A stretch of DNA of 64,000 nucleotides. Origin: Octopus sinensis. Its lineage: Eukaryota. The notes under the pieces were generated by a model, which saw nothing but the letters and a program-made list of their open reading frames with translations, was not told the DNA's origin and did not search any database. The translations under genes were made by a program, and so were the position numbers. This document shows positions 39,956-52,773 of the stretch, one piece after another (the first letter of the stretch is position 1; the number at the start of each line of letters is the position of its first letter). The DNA is taken from positions 21,142,001 through 21,206,000 of the forward strand of contig NC_042999.1 of NCBI RefSeq assembly GCF_006345805.1. Direction: 5' to 3'.

Positions 39956-40627
39956 TGAATTTGCAATTGCTATTGCTTAGATATATACATACATATATAC
40001 ATACATACATATAAATATAGATATATATTGTAGAAAAATAAATGCGAATACAATAAAATATATAAAATGTGTGTATATATGTACACATAAAACCATATTA
40101 TAAGCAAGACAAAGTTAATTATAGTAAGAGGGAAATGCATGAAAAAAAAAAACTGAAAGAAACGAAAGGAAAACAAATACTTTTAGAGTGTTTATTCAGC
40201 TTTTGAAACACGTAAACATAATTGATTGGAAAATATTGGATTTTCTAATCTCTCTCTGATCAAATCAAAACGTTTATAGCTCTAACAACCACACAGTAAA
40301 AGGCTAATAAAAACAAAACATTAATTTTCATTCTTGTTTTTGTAGTTTTTTACTTTTGGTTGTTGTTTTTGTTTTTATTTTTCTTCTTCTCCATTTCACA
40401 GTGTTACACGTGGAAATAACTGCTGTAACTCCATCGAAAATCCTCTGTATTAAAACTGCAGTTACTGCTAACCCTGCTGTTGCCGCAGCCTTTATTCAAA
40501 CGATATTTATAATTAAAATAACTGCAACGAGTTAACGGTGATGCCTATATAGCCCTAAAAGTAGTAAGCCCGGCTCACACTCAGATTGCATGCAACCATT
40601 TTCTATCACATGCATTCTATTACATGT

Positions 40628-41025
40628 ACTCTTTTACTCTTTCACTTGTTTCAGTCATTTTTCTCTGCGGCCCTGCTAGAGCACCACCTTTTGTCGAGCA
40701 AATCGACCACAGGACTTATTCTTTGTAAGCCTAGTACTTATTCTATCAGTCTCTTTTGTCAAACCGCTAAATTACGGGACGTAAACACATCAGCATCGGT
40801 TGTCAAGTATGTTGGGGGGACAAACACAGACACAAACACACATATAGATATGTACAACGGGCTTCTTTCAGTTTCCGTCTACCAAATCCATTCACAAGGC
40901 TTGGTCGGCCCGGGCAAGTGTCTTGCATAGTAGAAGACACTTGCCAAAGGTGCCACGCAGTGGGACTGAACCCGGAACCATGTGGTTGGTAAGCAAGCCA
41001 CTTACCACACTGCCACTTCTGCGCC
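40628..41025 (-). mobile_element. SINE family B
   Basis: Reverse complement of the family-B sequence. Confidence 0.9.
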
Positions 41026-41821
41026 TATATATTACTAATAAAATTTGTATTGCTGATAACATAAGCATATTCGATTCTTAGATATACTTAACCGAAAAAA
41101 TTGTAGTACTCGATTGAGGAACATTTTAATATTGATTGTATGATAGGCAAATTTCAATCCAGAGTTATTTGAAATAAAGAGGTGATTTTTGAAGAAAAGC
41201 CATTATTTATTCTGAGGGGAAGTCATTTGCATTGCACCCCCGTACACAACTTATACTCATTTTATATTCCTCGAAGGGACAAAAAGCAAAAGTCTACCTC
41301 GGTGGCATATGAAGTCACAAAGTAAACACAGAAAGAAATGCGTTGATACTTTTCTCCAATATGCCATTTCGCCGCTGTTAGACATGATTAAGTGTTGCAA
41401 TAACTTTTGCTTTCACATTACTGATCTAACAATAGTTAACGGCCCCATTCCATGGCTATTTACCCCTTTTATAAATGGGCTTAGGTTTCTTAGTTGCGCA
41501 TAGATCTAGAAAACCTGGATGCAGTGATTTCGAGTGCCAACGATTTTAATTTTCTTCACGGTTGTTCGATAAACATCATGAAATGGTTGCATGAATACAG
41601 GCGCAAAATATATCTCTTTTATTTAGGCTAATTTTTATACTAATTTTCAATTTAAATAAGTACAAAACACCATAATAATCTTAAGTCTCTCGCTTTACAA
41701 TTTCATTATCGAAAATTGGGATGAAATAGTCACTTTCCTTTTTTGATTAATTAATGATGTCGGCAGTTTAAGGGTTAAATCGTATCACTTCAAATTGTTT
41801 CATTACTTTAAAAGAAATTCC

Positions 41822-42049
41822 TTTTCTACTCTAGGCACAAGGCCCTAAATTTTGGGGGAGGGGACCAGTCGATTAGATTAACCTCAGTACGCAACTGGTA
41901 CTTAATTTATCGACGCCGAAAGGATGAAAAGCAAAATCGAATCGGCGGAATTTGAACTCAGAACGTAGCGACAGACGAAATACCGCAAAGCATTCTGCCT
42001 GGCGTGCCTGTTTCTGTCAGCGTGCCCGTTTCTGCCAGCTCGCCGCCTT
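41822..42049 (-). mobile_element. SINE family A short-tail monomer
   Basis: Core plus tail ccctccccccaaatttagggccttgtgcctagagtagaaa (minus strand). Confidence 0.85.
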
Positions 42050-42343
42050 ATTATGTTAAAAGAAATTCCGTACAAGGAATATATGCTCAACAACTAAAAA
42101 TATTTTCAGCAACAAGAAATATTCTCCTATAGATATTCTAAAGACTTTTTGAGTAGGTTAACCGTTCAATTTTAATCTACTTGGCCAATAATTTACTTCC
42201 TTCATGCAAAACCATAAAGCAACAGCAAATGCTTACCCTGTTAATAAAAGGCAAAGTCCCTACTAAAGCATTCTTAGAGTGAAAGCGTGTTAGTATTAGT
42301 ATCTACAAATATGCTTTCAAGGACAGGTATATGTATACACACT

Positions 42344-42392
<49 letters not shown>

Positions 42393-42925
42393 GTGTGTGT
42401 GTGTGTGTGCGTGTGTGTGTGTACAGATATGTATATATAGATATATTTCTTTTCATTCTTTTATGTGTTTCAGCCTTGAGGCTGCGGTAAATGTCGAACG
42501 AAGAAATGAGCGCTCAACATTACATTAATGGATATATAATTTCATTGTTTGTGAATTAAGGCTACCATTTTTTTCATGTTAGGAAAAGTAGGTAAATATA
42601 GTAGTGTCTTAACAATTAAAACACTGTAATATTTCCCTACATTACTTAACATGAAACCTATGGTATATATATGTGTGTGTGTGCCTGTGTGCGTGTATGC
42701 GTATGTACGCGTGTGTGTATGATGTACGTATCGATGTATGTATACATGCTTTGTATGCATGTATATATTTATAAATGTATATATACATATATATATTTAT
42801 TTATATTAATATAAATAAATATATTTAAAGGGAATAATTACAATTTCTTCCTAATAAGGTTTTTCACGATGACTATTTGATAAATTCTTATAAATATTTT
42901 ATCCTATATATATATGTCTAATATA

Positions 42926-42984
<59 letters not shown>

Positions 42985-43199
42985 GTGTATACATTACTAT
43001 CTCTAAATACGCTTGCTCACACACACATATATTTGCGTATCCACCTTTTAAATACTTCGCACGGTGAGAAAGCGTTTACATGTAATAGAACTACATAAAA
43101 CTTAAAATTACCTACACATATTAGGAATAAGTACGAAAGCAATACAAATCGTTATCTATTCAGTTAGTTGAACAATACAATCATAAACAGAAACAAGAA

Positions 43200-43242
<43 letters not shown>

Positions 43243-43784
43243 ATATATATATAGGTGCATAACTTATTATATACGTGCGTCACTTATTTGTTTGTTGTTC
43301 AAAGAAAAGGCAAAGCTTAATTGTTGCAATGTTTTGATTTTCTTCTATCTTCGGACAGTGTGAAGAATGCAGAGAGAGGTGGCAAGACGCGCAAGAATTG
43401 GAAAGCGAGAAAAAAGGGTGATAAACAGTTTGAAAGTACAAATCAAAGGATATAGATATGTCTGGTTGGTCTACCTTATCTATCTATTTATTTATCTGTG
43501 CATCTACATCTAGGTAGCTAAACACCCTGAATATATATATATATATATATATGTGTGTGTATGTGTGTGTGTGTTCGTGTGAGTGTCTGAGAGTGTGTTT
43601 GTGTATATCTATATATACATACATATATACGTACATGTGTGTGTATGTATATACATATGTACACACACACAATATATATGTATATATATATATATATTTA
43701 TATATATATGTATATATATATGCATATATGTATATATATATATGTATACATACATATATACATATATATATGTATACATATATT

Positions 43785-43834
<50 letters not shown>

Positions 43835-44267
43835 ATATAAAACGGATCGATAATGAACGAGTAATTTCAAAATCAAAAACAATAAATATCAAAGAACGTA
43901 TTCACAGATGTTATTTGTTTAAAGCTACAAGAATGTCATGGGGGCTAATTTAAAAGGAAACACAGGACGTTTTGCGCATAACCCTTCGTCGGTTATAGAG
44001 GAGAAATTTATTGTGTTGGTGTATTAATCCGTCAATTCGACCTCTGTGCCACAGGTGATAATGCTGGAAGAGTGTGTGACCAACGAGGTGTTTTGTCAAA
44101 TTATATGATGGACAACAGTGAACTTTGAATAAGTAGACGTGGAACACACATTGAGACAAATAAATCTTTCAATTGAAGCATTTAAGCAACGAAAAACGAA
44201 TTCGATTTCTCCTCTACAAATCTCAAAATTGAACAGATAAACTGTGCCCTTTTACAACCTAAGTAAT

Positions 44268-44490
44268 ATGGTGTAGTGGCTAAGAACGTGAGCTACTAAC
44301 CTCAAGATTCTGAGTTCGATTCCAAGCAGTGACCTGAATAATAATAATGACATCGAAAACTACTTTAGGAATGAGAACCCAGGTTCGAAAGACACCTGAT
44401 GATTACTGGAGGGTATATCAGCCGAAACGTTGTATTAACAACAAACAAGATGAGGACAAATATCCGTCAAATGTAAATGATGTAAATTAT
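44268..44490 (+). mobile_element. SINE family C (tRNA head + hammerhead-like tail)
   Basis: A-box tggtgtagtgg, B-box gagttcgattcc, motif 44391-44436, (TGTAAATRA)n tail. Confidence 0.9.
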
Positions 44491-45161
44491 GTACCTAAAT
44501 AAATATTGATGTTTTTAATTTATCACATCAAGTATTTCTGTATTCTTTATGATATTTGCTCTCTTGCTTTTGATGATCCCTATGAGATAGGAATAAAATC
44601 TGATATGCATATCAGCAATATATTTACATTCGCCTGTCTTTTGCAAACGCCAAATTTAAACACTCGCAATGTATATTGGATTGAAAATGGAAAGTAGAAT
44701 ATACAATAACGTTCTCCTGTGGGGGTAAGAGTGATAAACAGTTGCCAAGCAACCAACATGGAATTTCATATTCAAACAAAAAATAATAATTTATTCAGTT
44801 ATTAACTTTTGCAACATACCAAGTCTAAGATTTATAAGGGTGTAATATACAATGAGGTTATTGTGTATACAGAGTTAAATTGTGAATTGTTTATTATGCA
44901 TTTTCTGATGCGCAGAATCGGGAAGTTCACATTGAATTTTAACTTTATTTGATAAGAGATTATATGCGGCACACTTAGGGAAGAACAGGTGCAAGTCAAT
45001 AAATCTGTGTATGCAGGTAATAAGCGATTACAAACACGTTTGCGTTTCTTTGTTGTTTAACATGGAGCTTATCTGCAGGTTTTCTATCAGTTAATCTATC
45101 GAACTACACACTAGCATATATATGTGTGTGTGAGTGTAAGTGTGTATCTGTGTGTGTGTGA

Positions 45162-45209
<48 letters not shown>

Positions 45210-45435
45210 CTAAATATATGCATATATTATAGAAATATTATCATAGAAATATACAGAAATATATCTATATAGGCATAGGCAGAGTATGTGTAAATATACA
45301 TATAATATATACACACGCACACACACGCTCATATCCGCGCGCGCACAGACACACACATATACTCATCTCATATACACACGTGCGCATGTATAATTCCCTT
45401 CTCTCCACCGCTTTCGTACTACTATACATACACAC

Positions 45436-45478
<43 letters not shown>

Positions 45479-45746
45479 ATATGAAAAAACAAGTAAAAAA
45501 TAGAAAATGCTAAAATAATTTTATAGTGAACATTTCAGTACCGGTTCGGTCATTTTGAGACCTTTTCAACTGTAACGATTAAATAATTAAATTTAGAAAA
45601 ATTAGAAGAAAAGTTTTTTTAAAAGAATATTTCTATAGTAGTGTTCAGATTTAAGTGGCATTCTGCCTTCTCTGACTCCCTTGTTTGCACTTGTGTGTTC
45701 GAGGTAGTTGTGAGTTCTATATATATATATATAATGTTTGTATGTA

Positions 45747-45785
<39 letters not shown>

Positions 45786-45832
45786 GTATATATATATACA
45801 TATATATATATATATACACATATATATATACA

Positions 45833-45877
<45 letters not shown>

Positions 45878-46112
45878 GCACACACACACCCGCACAGCAA
45901 CAACAACAACGACAACGTTCATATATCGTACTTGCTTATTCAGAAGACGGTATATAATGATGTCAATATAAAAACGTATCTATTTCGATGCACGTAGTTC
46001 AATGCTTTGTCCTAAATTGTTACTCTCTCTGCTTGTTAAACGACTATTTATGGAATTTTCCACTCACGCATATTTACATAATGAATGTATATATTTTTAC
46101 ACATATATTAAA

Positions 46113-46628
46113 ATGCATCCTTTCATCCTTTCGGGGTCGATTAAATAAGTACCAGTTACGCACTGCAGTCGATAAAATCGACTTAATCCGTTTGTCTGTC
46201 CTTGTTTGTCCTCTCTGTGTGTAGCCCCTTGTGGGCAGTAAAGAAATAGGTATTTCGTCTGCTGCAACGTTCTGAGTTCAAATTCTGCCGAGGCCGACTT
46301 TGTCTTTCATCCTTTCGGGGTCGATTAAATAAGTACCACTTACGCACTGGGGTCGATGTAATCGACTTAATCCGTTTGTCTCTCCTTGTTTGTCCCCTCT
46401 ATGTTTAGCCCTTTGTGGGAAATAAAGAAATAAGAAATGTTAGCACATCGGGCAAAATGTTTACTGGTGTTTCGTGTCTTTACATTCTAAGTTCAAATTC
46501 AGCCTAGGTAGGCTTTGTTTTTAATCCTTTCGGGGTCCATAAATTAAGTACCAGTTGCGTACTGGGGTCGATGTAATTTTCTAGCCCCCCCTCCCTAAAA
46601 TTTAAGCCCTTGTGCTTAGAGTAGAAAA
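46113..46628 (+). mobile_element. SINE family A trimer (5'-truncated long, long, short)
   Basis: Junctions aagaaata|ggtatttcg 46248/9 and aagaaata|agaaatgttagc 46432/3. Confidence 0.9.
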
Positions 46629-46652
46629 AATTACTTCAGTGACTCAAATATT

Positions 46653-46862
46653 GGTGAGCTAGCAGGAATGTTAGCACCCCGGGCAAAATGCGTAGCAATA
46701 TTTCGTCTGTCTTTACGTTCTGAGTTCAAATTTCGCCGAGGTCGACTTTGCCTTTCATCATTTCGGGGTCGATAAATTAAGTACCAGTTGCGTACAGCAG
46801 TCGATCTAATCGACTGTTCTCCTCCGAAAACATTTCGGGCCTTGTGCCTAGAGTAGAAAAGA
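46653..46862 (+). mobile_element. SINE family A short-tail monomer
   Basis: ggtgagctagcaggaatgttagc...cttgtgcctagagtagaaaag. Confidence 0.9.
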
Positions 46863-47967
46863 ATATTCCTTACGATATATATTAACTGAAATTTTGCAGT
46901 ACGAGGTTGCACTAGATGTCCAGCCATTCTTTTCTAATTTTTTTTTTATATATATATAATCAGCGTTGTGCTAAATATTAAAGAATTTCCAATACAATCA
47001 AATAAGCCACCATCCTCCGATATTAAAGATGATAGCTATCATCATCATATTTAAAACATACGTTTAAGTTCTTAGTTCAAATCCTGCTTAGAAGGATTCT
47101 TGTCATTCATATTTTCAAGATCGATAAAATAAGTATTCGTCAAGTAGAGTGATCGATAACGTCGATTACGCCTTTTCAGGCGCTATTGTAACACGCTATT
47201 AGATATGACAAAGAACCAAAACAATATATGGTGTTCCAATTCTTATCTCGCTTTATTTTTTGTTATCCAATCGAAATCAGATTGAATACTACAAAAATGA
47301 AATAGAAAAATAATTCAATCGATCCAGTTTCATTTCTATAGTATACAAACATTGCAGTTTATATACGTGCTACTCAATCAGTCATGTATAATCAATACAT
47401 TCGATTTTTTTTATGGAATCTCTTCACTTTTGCGCATTGAAATCATTGTTGTCCGATTGATACTATATTTTATCTTTTAGCTGCTATTGATTACCAATAA
47501 AGGCTCCAAGCCAAATGTCTTAGGCTAGAGATGAGTGTTGTAAGAGATATAAATAACGGCAATTTATTCTGGTGGACTTACAGGGATTTGAACACAGAAA
47601 GGTTAGTCGAGAACCGAGAGAAAAACAAAATGCTGTAAAGCAGATAATACCAAAGTGTGTAAAACACTATGACATATAGCTTTACTGCTTTTATGGTGAT
47701 TTAATTAATGTTTTCCTATGTAGTTAATGTTGTAATTATTCTAAAGAAACGAATATTTGAACGGATATACAACAGTAAAATTGTCGATATTTTTTACAAT
47801 TAACAAAAGAGACCGAATGCGTTCACCGCATTTGTGACGTGAGACAGAGAACTTCCGCAAATTTTGTCATACTATTTTTTAAATGACGTGTCATAGGTAT
47901 TTTCTTTGGTGGAAAGTGAGGATGGAGACGTCTATAATACATCGATCAAAGCTGGAGCATGACTTAA

Positions 47968-48106
47968 CAACAATAGAAACAACATTATTTACATTATTTA
48001 CATTTGAAGTATATTTGTCCTCATCTTGTTTATTGTCAACACAAGGTTTCGACTGATATACCCTCCAGCCTTCATCAGGTGACTTGGGGAAGCCACTACA
48101 CCATAT
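47968..48106 (-). mobile_element. SINE family C, internally deleted copy
   Basis: Minus strand atatggtgtagtggct joined directly to tccccaagtcacctgatgaagg... Confidence 0.75.
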
Positions 48107-48118
48107 GCCAACGGCCAT

Positions 48119-48191
48119 ATGGCATAATGGTTAAGAGCGCTGGCTACTAACCCCAAGATTCTAAATTCGATTCCAGGCAGTGACCTGAATA

Positions 48192-48222
<31 letters not shown>

Positions 48223-48223
48223 C

Positions 48224-48269
<46 letters not shown>

Positions 48270-48270
48270 T

Positions 48271-48301
<31 letters not shown>

Positions 48302-48490
48302 AAGAAGAAGAAGAAGAAGAAGAGCAATAACAACAACAATAACATCTAAAAATACCTTAGGAATGAGAACCCAGGTTTGAAATTTCCCCAAGACACCTGA
48401 CGAAGGCTGGAGTGTATATCAGCCGAAACGTTGTGTTAACAACAAACAAGATAAGGACAAATATTCGTCGAATGTAAATAATGTAAATAA
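48119..48490 (+). mobile_element. SINE family C, full length, with expanded (AAT)n(AAG)n
   Basis: A-box tggcataatgg, B-box-like aaattcgattcc, intact hammerhead motif. Confidence 0.9.
48392..48437 (+). ncRNA. Minimal type-I hammerhead ribozyme motif (Penelope-style, palindromic helix III)
   Basis: GACAC CUGACGA A GGCUG [gagtgtatat] CAGCC GAA ACGUU GUGUU: helix I GACAC/GUGUU, helix II GGCUG/CAGCC, self-complementary AACGUU. Activity untested. Confidence 0.7.
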
Positions 48491-48817
48491 TTCATCTTCT
48501 CTTAAATATAGAAGTGAATAGAAACAATATTTGGTAATTAGTTTTTCGATAAGGAAGAGAAGGCGGGCAATCTTGAATTTTGCTATTTGTTCACGGAAAG
48601 GAGCGAACTGATGTTACTGTATAAGGCCCTTTACCCCTTTGATTTAAATTCTTAATATTTTTACTCTAAAATCATTAGTGTATATTGCAGGTATTTTAAT
48701 AGGGGAAATGTTAACTACGAAAGAGAACGGTATTTCGAAGGGATATAAATATAAAGTTTGTTAATAGCAGTAACCAAAATTTAGATTCAATTCTATCCAT
48801 CTTTATTTACTACATAT

Positions 48818-48996
48818 ATTTCGTTTTGGGATTTGGTTTGCAAGATTCTTTATAATAACGGAGTCAAAACCTTTGAAAAGGTTGCAAGACGCAACGAAAA
48901 GTTTAGGAAAATAAAAATAAGAAACAAGTGGAAATTTCACCGGTGAGTGTGTTACATTATAAGGCACAAAAAGAAAATAACTCTCCCCAGACACAA
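48818..48996. mobile_element. Second copy of the 11110-11366 repeat, lacking the left inverted arm
   Basis: ttcgttttgggatttggtttgcaagattc...ggttgcaagacgcaacg...ccccagacacaaca. Confidence 0.75.
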
Positions 48997-49044
48997 CAAA
49001 TTATTAAATATATGTATTTCATTAATTTGGTATAATGGTGTTTG

Positions 49045-49310
49045 GATAACAAATCTTTTCGTTTTCAAGCATCAGTCTGTGTCATAAATATAAATAATAT
49101 CGAAATAAACAGATTTGTTTGCAGACATGACATTATCGACTTTAAACAAAACTTAAATAGCTTCTGGTACGCATCACTTGCAGACGAAGATAGAATTGCA
49201 AAAGGAAAGTCCGAATTACACGCAAGTCAGTCGAGAACAATGGATATGATAAGGTTGAATACGTTGAGACAGCGATTTTGCACGTAGATGAGTGCCGTAA
49301 TGCATTGCAT
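49045..49310 (+). mobile_element. Possible very old RTE RT C-terminal relic
   Basis: IIDFKQNLNS...LADEDRIAKG loosely resembles VDEFKYLGS...DEEIxARIAKA; weak match. Confidence 0.3.
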
Positions 49311-49482
49311 GAATTACAATTGGCTGATTACACTACCGATATACATCAATGAACGTTAAGTGCTTATATATATAATATATATAATATATATATATATAAA
49401 TAGATATCATTTTAAGACTTTTCTATATACTTAATCATAACACACCGACAACAATGACATAAACACATATATGGTGTGTATA

Positions 49483-49489
49483 TAGATAA

Positions 49490-49526
<37 letters not shown>

Positions 49527-49529
49527 CAG

Positions 49530-49575
<46 letters not shown>

Positions 49576-49578
49576 CAG

Positions 49579-49622
<44 letters not shown>
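49483..49622. repeat. (GATA)n microsatellite; others at 51915-51996, 52197-52280, 55626-55695, 56030-56056
   Basis: Directly visible. Confidence 0.97.
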
Positions 49623-51913
49623 TGTTTCTTTATTAGCCACACAGGGCTGCACACAGATAGAACAAATTACAAGGTAGAGCTTTTCTTTTGAAGGTTTAAA
49701 AAAAAAAGGAAGGGGGAGTTTCGATCAAAAGGGATCGTAAAAGGAGAGAAAGAGGACAAAAGAAAGGGGGTGTTAAAAAAAAAAAAAAAAAAAAGTGGGA
49801 GAGGAAAAAAAAAATTGATCAATAGGGATCGTTATCACAGAAATGTCAATATGAAGTGTAAAGGGGAGGACAGGTGAGGTTTACCCGTGGAAAGAAAAGC
49901 CTACGGAAAAGACCACGGTAACCTCGGTCAATGAAGTCACATTTTATATTTCTTTTTTTTTTTTTTTTTTTGCAAATAAGCAACTCTCTGTTTTCGATTT
50001 ATGGTTCATAGGACTATGCTGCAAGGTGGCTTCGTCATTCATACGTGCCATTCTTGCTACATTCACCCATCTTTTTTTAAAACATTCGCTAGACAAAACT
50101 TGCCTCTCTACTCTCACTTTCCTTTTCAAGTGGTACTTGAAGAAGTTGATGAGAGATTGACCAGAGAGGAAAGTGTTTGTCTCCAATCCTTTCAGACGCG
50201 TCCACCAGATACATTCTTTCGCCATAGCCACAGGATGATGAAAAAAGCTCTTCCTTCCCGTTTGAAGGAAGGAGGCGTGACAATATTGACGATAGACTCA
50301 GCTGATAACCGACTCGTCCCACACGTGACAGCAGTTGTTCGACATAAGCCCACAGGTCGGAAATTGTTGGACACTGAACGAGTGCGTGCAGAACGGTTTC
50401 GTCCTCTGACCGCATCTCGGGCAGGTCGGCCCCGTGTTTCTCGAGCCGTGTCTGTAGAGCTTATCCCGAACGGGTAGCGCTCTCGGTAGCACTGCCAGGC
50501 CAGGGATCTCTGGAAGTTGTCCATGGGCCCTGGCCCGAAAGTCGTCCCGAACCAGGCGGGTCAGGTACTCCTCGTCGACGTCCAGGTTCGCCCCGAGCTC
50601 GTCGTCGTACCTCCCCTCCACTAAACCCCTATAGAATGCTTTGGTTGTGTTGAAGTCACTTAAGGTCGACCCAGGACGGCAGAGTTGCTTGAGAGCAACG
50701 CGACACTCGCGGTCCATTCGCCCTTCCTCGGCCTCTTTTTGATCCACGACTGCAGTTCGGTCATGGAGACGAGCTGCGGGAAAGCGTGCCTCACAAACGG
50801 CGACCACACCTGTTCACCGCGTCGTCTACATAGAGCCAGAGATTGTCGCAGTCTCAGCGCGTGTCTGCGCATCATCAACCACGGCATGCCCAGCCCTCCT
50901 TTTAACGGGTGTTGACAGCAAATGGATCGCCTGACCATCGGGACGCATCCTTTCCACAAGAAGCGAAAGAGGATGCGTTGTAGTTTGGTGATGGTAGGGT
51001 CGGGACAAGGTACGACGGTCAGGCGGTAGTAGATGACGGACGCGATGTACGTGTTCGCCACCTCCTCGCTCGACCTTTTAGGGACAGTTTCCTCTCGGCC
51101 CATTGCCGGGCGAGAGTGACCACCCTACTCGTTATCTCGTTCCAGTTCTTCTCCACTTGAGGTCCGGACCAAACCAGACCCCGAGCAACTCAACCGGGCC
51201 GTCGGTCCAGCGTCCCACGACGGAGGCGCTGGTGGACGGCATGGGCTTGCTTCTCCAGGTGCCTAGTCGCAAGCCCACTGACTTTTCCCGGCTGATTTTC
51301 GCTCCTGTCACCGCTTCGTAGTTTTTCAGTGTCTCGCCGACCAGCTCGATGTGCTCGTGGCTAGACACTATGACGGTGACGTCGTCCGCGTATGCAGACA
51401 CGCTCGTCCCGCATCCCAATTCTCGCGGGATGCCCCTTAGAGTCGCCAGCTTCCGCAGTAGCGGCTCAAGAGTCAATACGTATAGAAGCGCCGAGAGGGG
51501 GCATCCCTGACGGACCGAACGTGCAATGTCGAAAGGTCTCGATAGATGTCCATTCACGCGAATTACCGAACGGATGCCTCTGTACAAGGCAGCTATCCAG
51601 CCGCGGAAGACGGGACCGAAACCAGCCGCTCTCAGGACTGCCTCCAAGTATCGATGGTCTACCCTATCAAAGGCTTTTGATTGATCCAAGTTGATCAGGG
51701 CCCCACCCATGCCAGGTTCGTTAACTACCCTGTCTATGATGTAGCGCATCAGATGGAGGTTGTCATGGATGGTCCGGCCTGGCACGGCGCATGTTTGCGC
51801 CTTGTCGACCAGTTTCTCGATGACAAGCGCCAACCTCTTGGCTAGCACCTTGGCCAAGAGGTTGGCGCTTGTCATCGAGAAACTGGTCGACAAGGCGCAA
51901 ACATGCGCGTGCC

Positions 51914-51914
<1 letters not shown>
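49623..51914 (-). mobile_element. 5'-truncated Tx1/L1-like LINE in (GATA)n, with 5' fold-back
   Basis: LAKRLALVIEKLVDKAQTCAVPGRTIHDNL...LDQSKAFDRVDH...VRQGCPLS...YADD (51132..51893); later frames give IYYRLTVVPCP, CPRCGQ, ETVLHALVQC, WVNVARM; multiple small indels. Confidence 0.95.
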
Positions 51915-51996
<82 letters not shown>

Positions 51997-52196
51997 TATT
52001 TCTTTATTAGTCACACAGGGCTGAACACAGACGGGACAAATTACAAAGAAGAGCTTTTCTATTTGGGGAGAAAAAATGTGGGGTAGGTTTTCGATCAAAA
52101 GGGATCGTAAAAAGGAAAGGGGAAAAAAGAAAAAAGAAAAATGTAAAACAGAAAAAATGATCAATATGTATCGTGTATCACAGAAATGTCATAAAC
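51997..52196 (-). mobile_element. 3'UTR-only copy of the same LINE lineage, with (GATA)n on both sides
   Basis: tttctttattagtcacacagggctg...cgatcaaaagggatcgtaaa...tatcacagaaatgtca matches 49623-49850. Confidence 0.9.
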
Positions 52197-52280
<84 letters not shown>

Positions 52281-52617
52281 CGATAAATAAATATTTGAAA
52301 GTCTATGAGAATTACTTAATACAGGTTTGAAGTGTAAAGTTAATTTTTTTCTTTATATTATTTCTTTTTTAAATGTAAAATCTTTTATCGAGATGTTACT
52401 AAACATGTTGGGGAATAATTATTTTACTAGGGTCTGAGCGGTTTTGATTAACCTTTGCAAATGTTTTTGCGTGTGTGCGCGTGTGCGCGTGTTAGTGCGT
52501 GTGTACGTATGTATAGGTATGTAGAATCTTTTACTACTTTAGAACTACTAGCAATCAAGCCATAACGAGTTATTTTCTTATACATACATTCACACATGCA
52601 TACATATACATACATAT

Positions 52618-52738
<121 letters not shown>

Positions 52739-52740
52739 CG

Positions 52741-52773
<33 letters not shown>

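Noticed and set aside
39664-45997. Many YI/HT/VC-repeat ORFs here and elsewhere
   Set aside because: (AT)n, (AC)n and (GT)n tracts.
48119-48185. tRNA genes in SINE heads (also 44268, 23029, 55166)
   Set aside because: A and B boxes are present but there is no complete cloverleaf, and each continues into a SINE body.
49623-51914. Treating this LINE as intact or active
   Set aside because: It is 5'-truncated with several small indels; whether these are real or assembly errors cannot be decided without reads.
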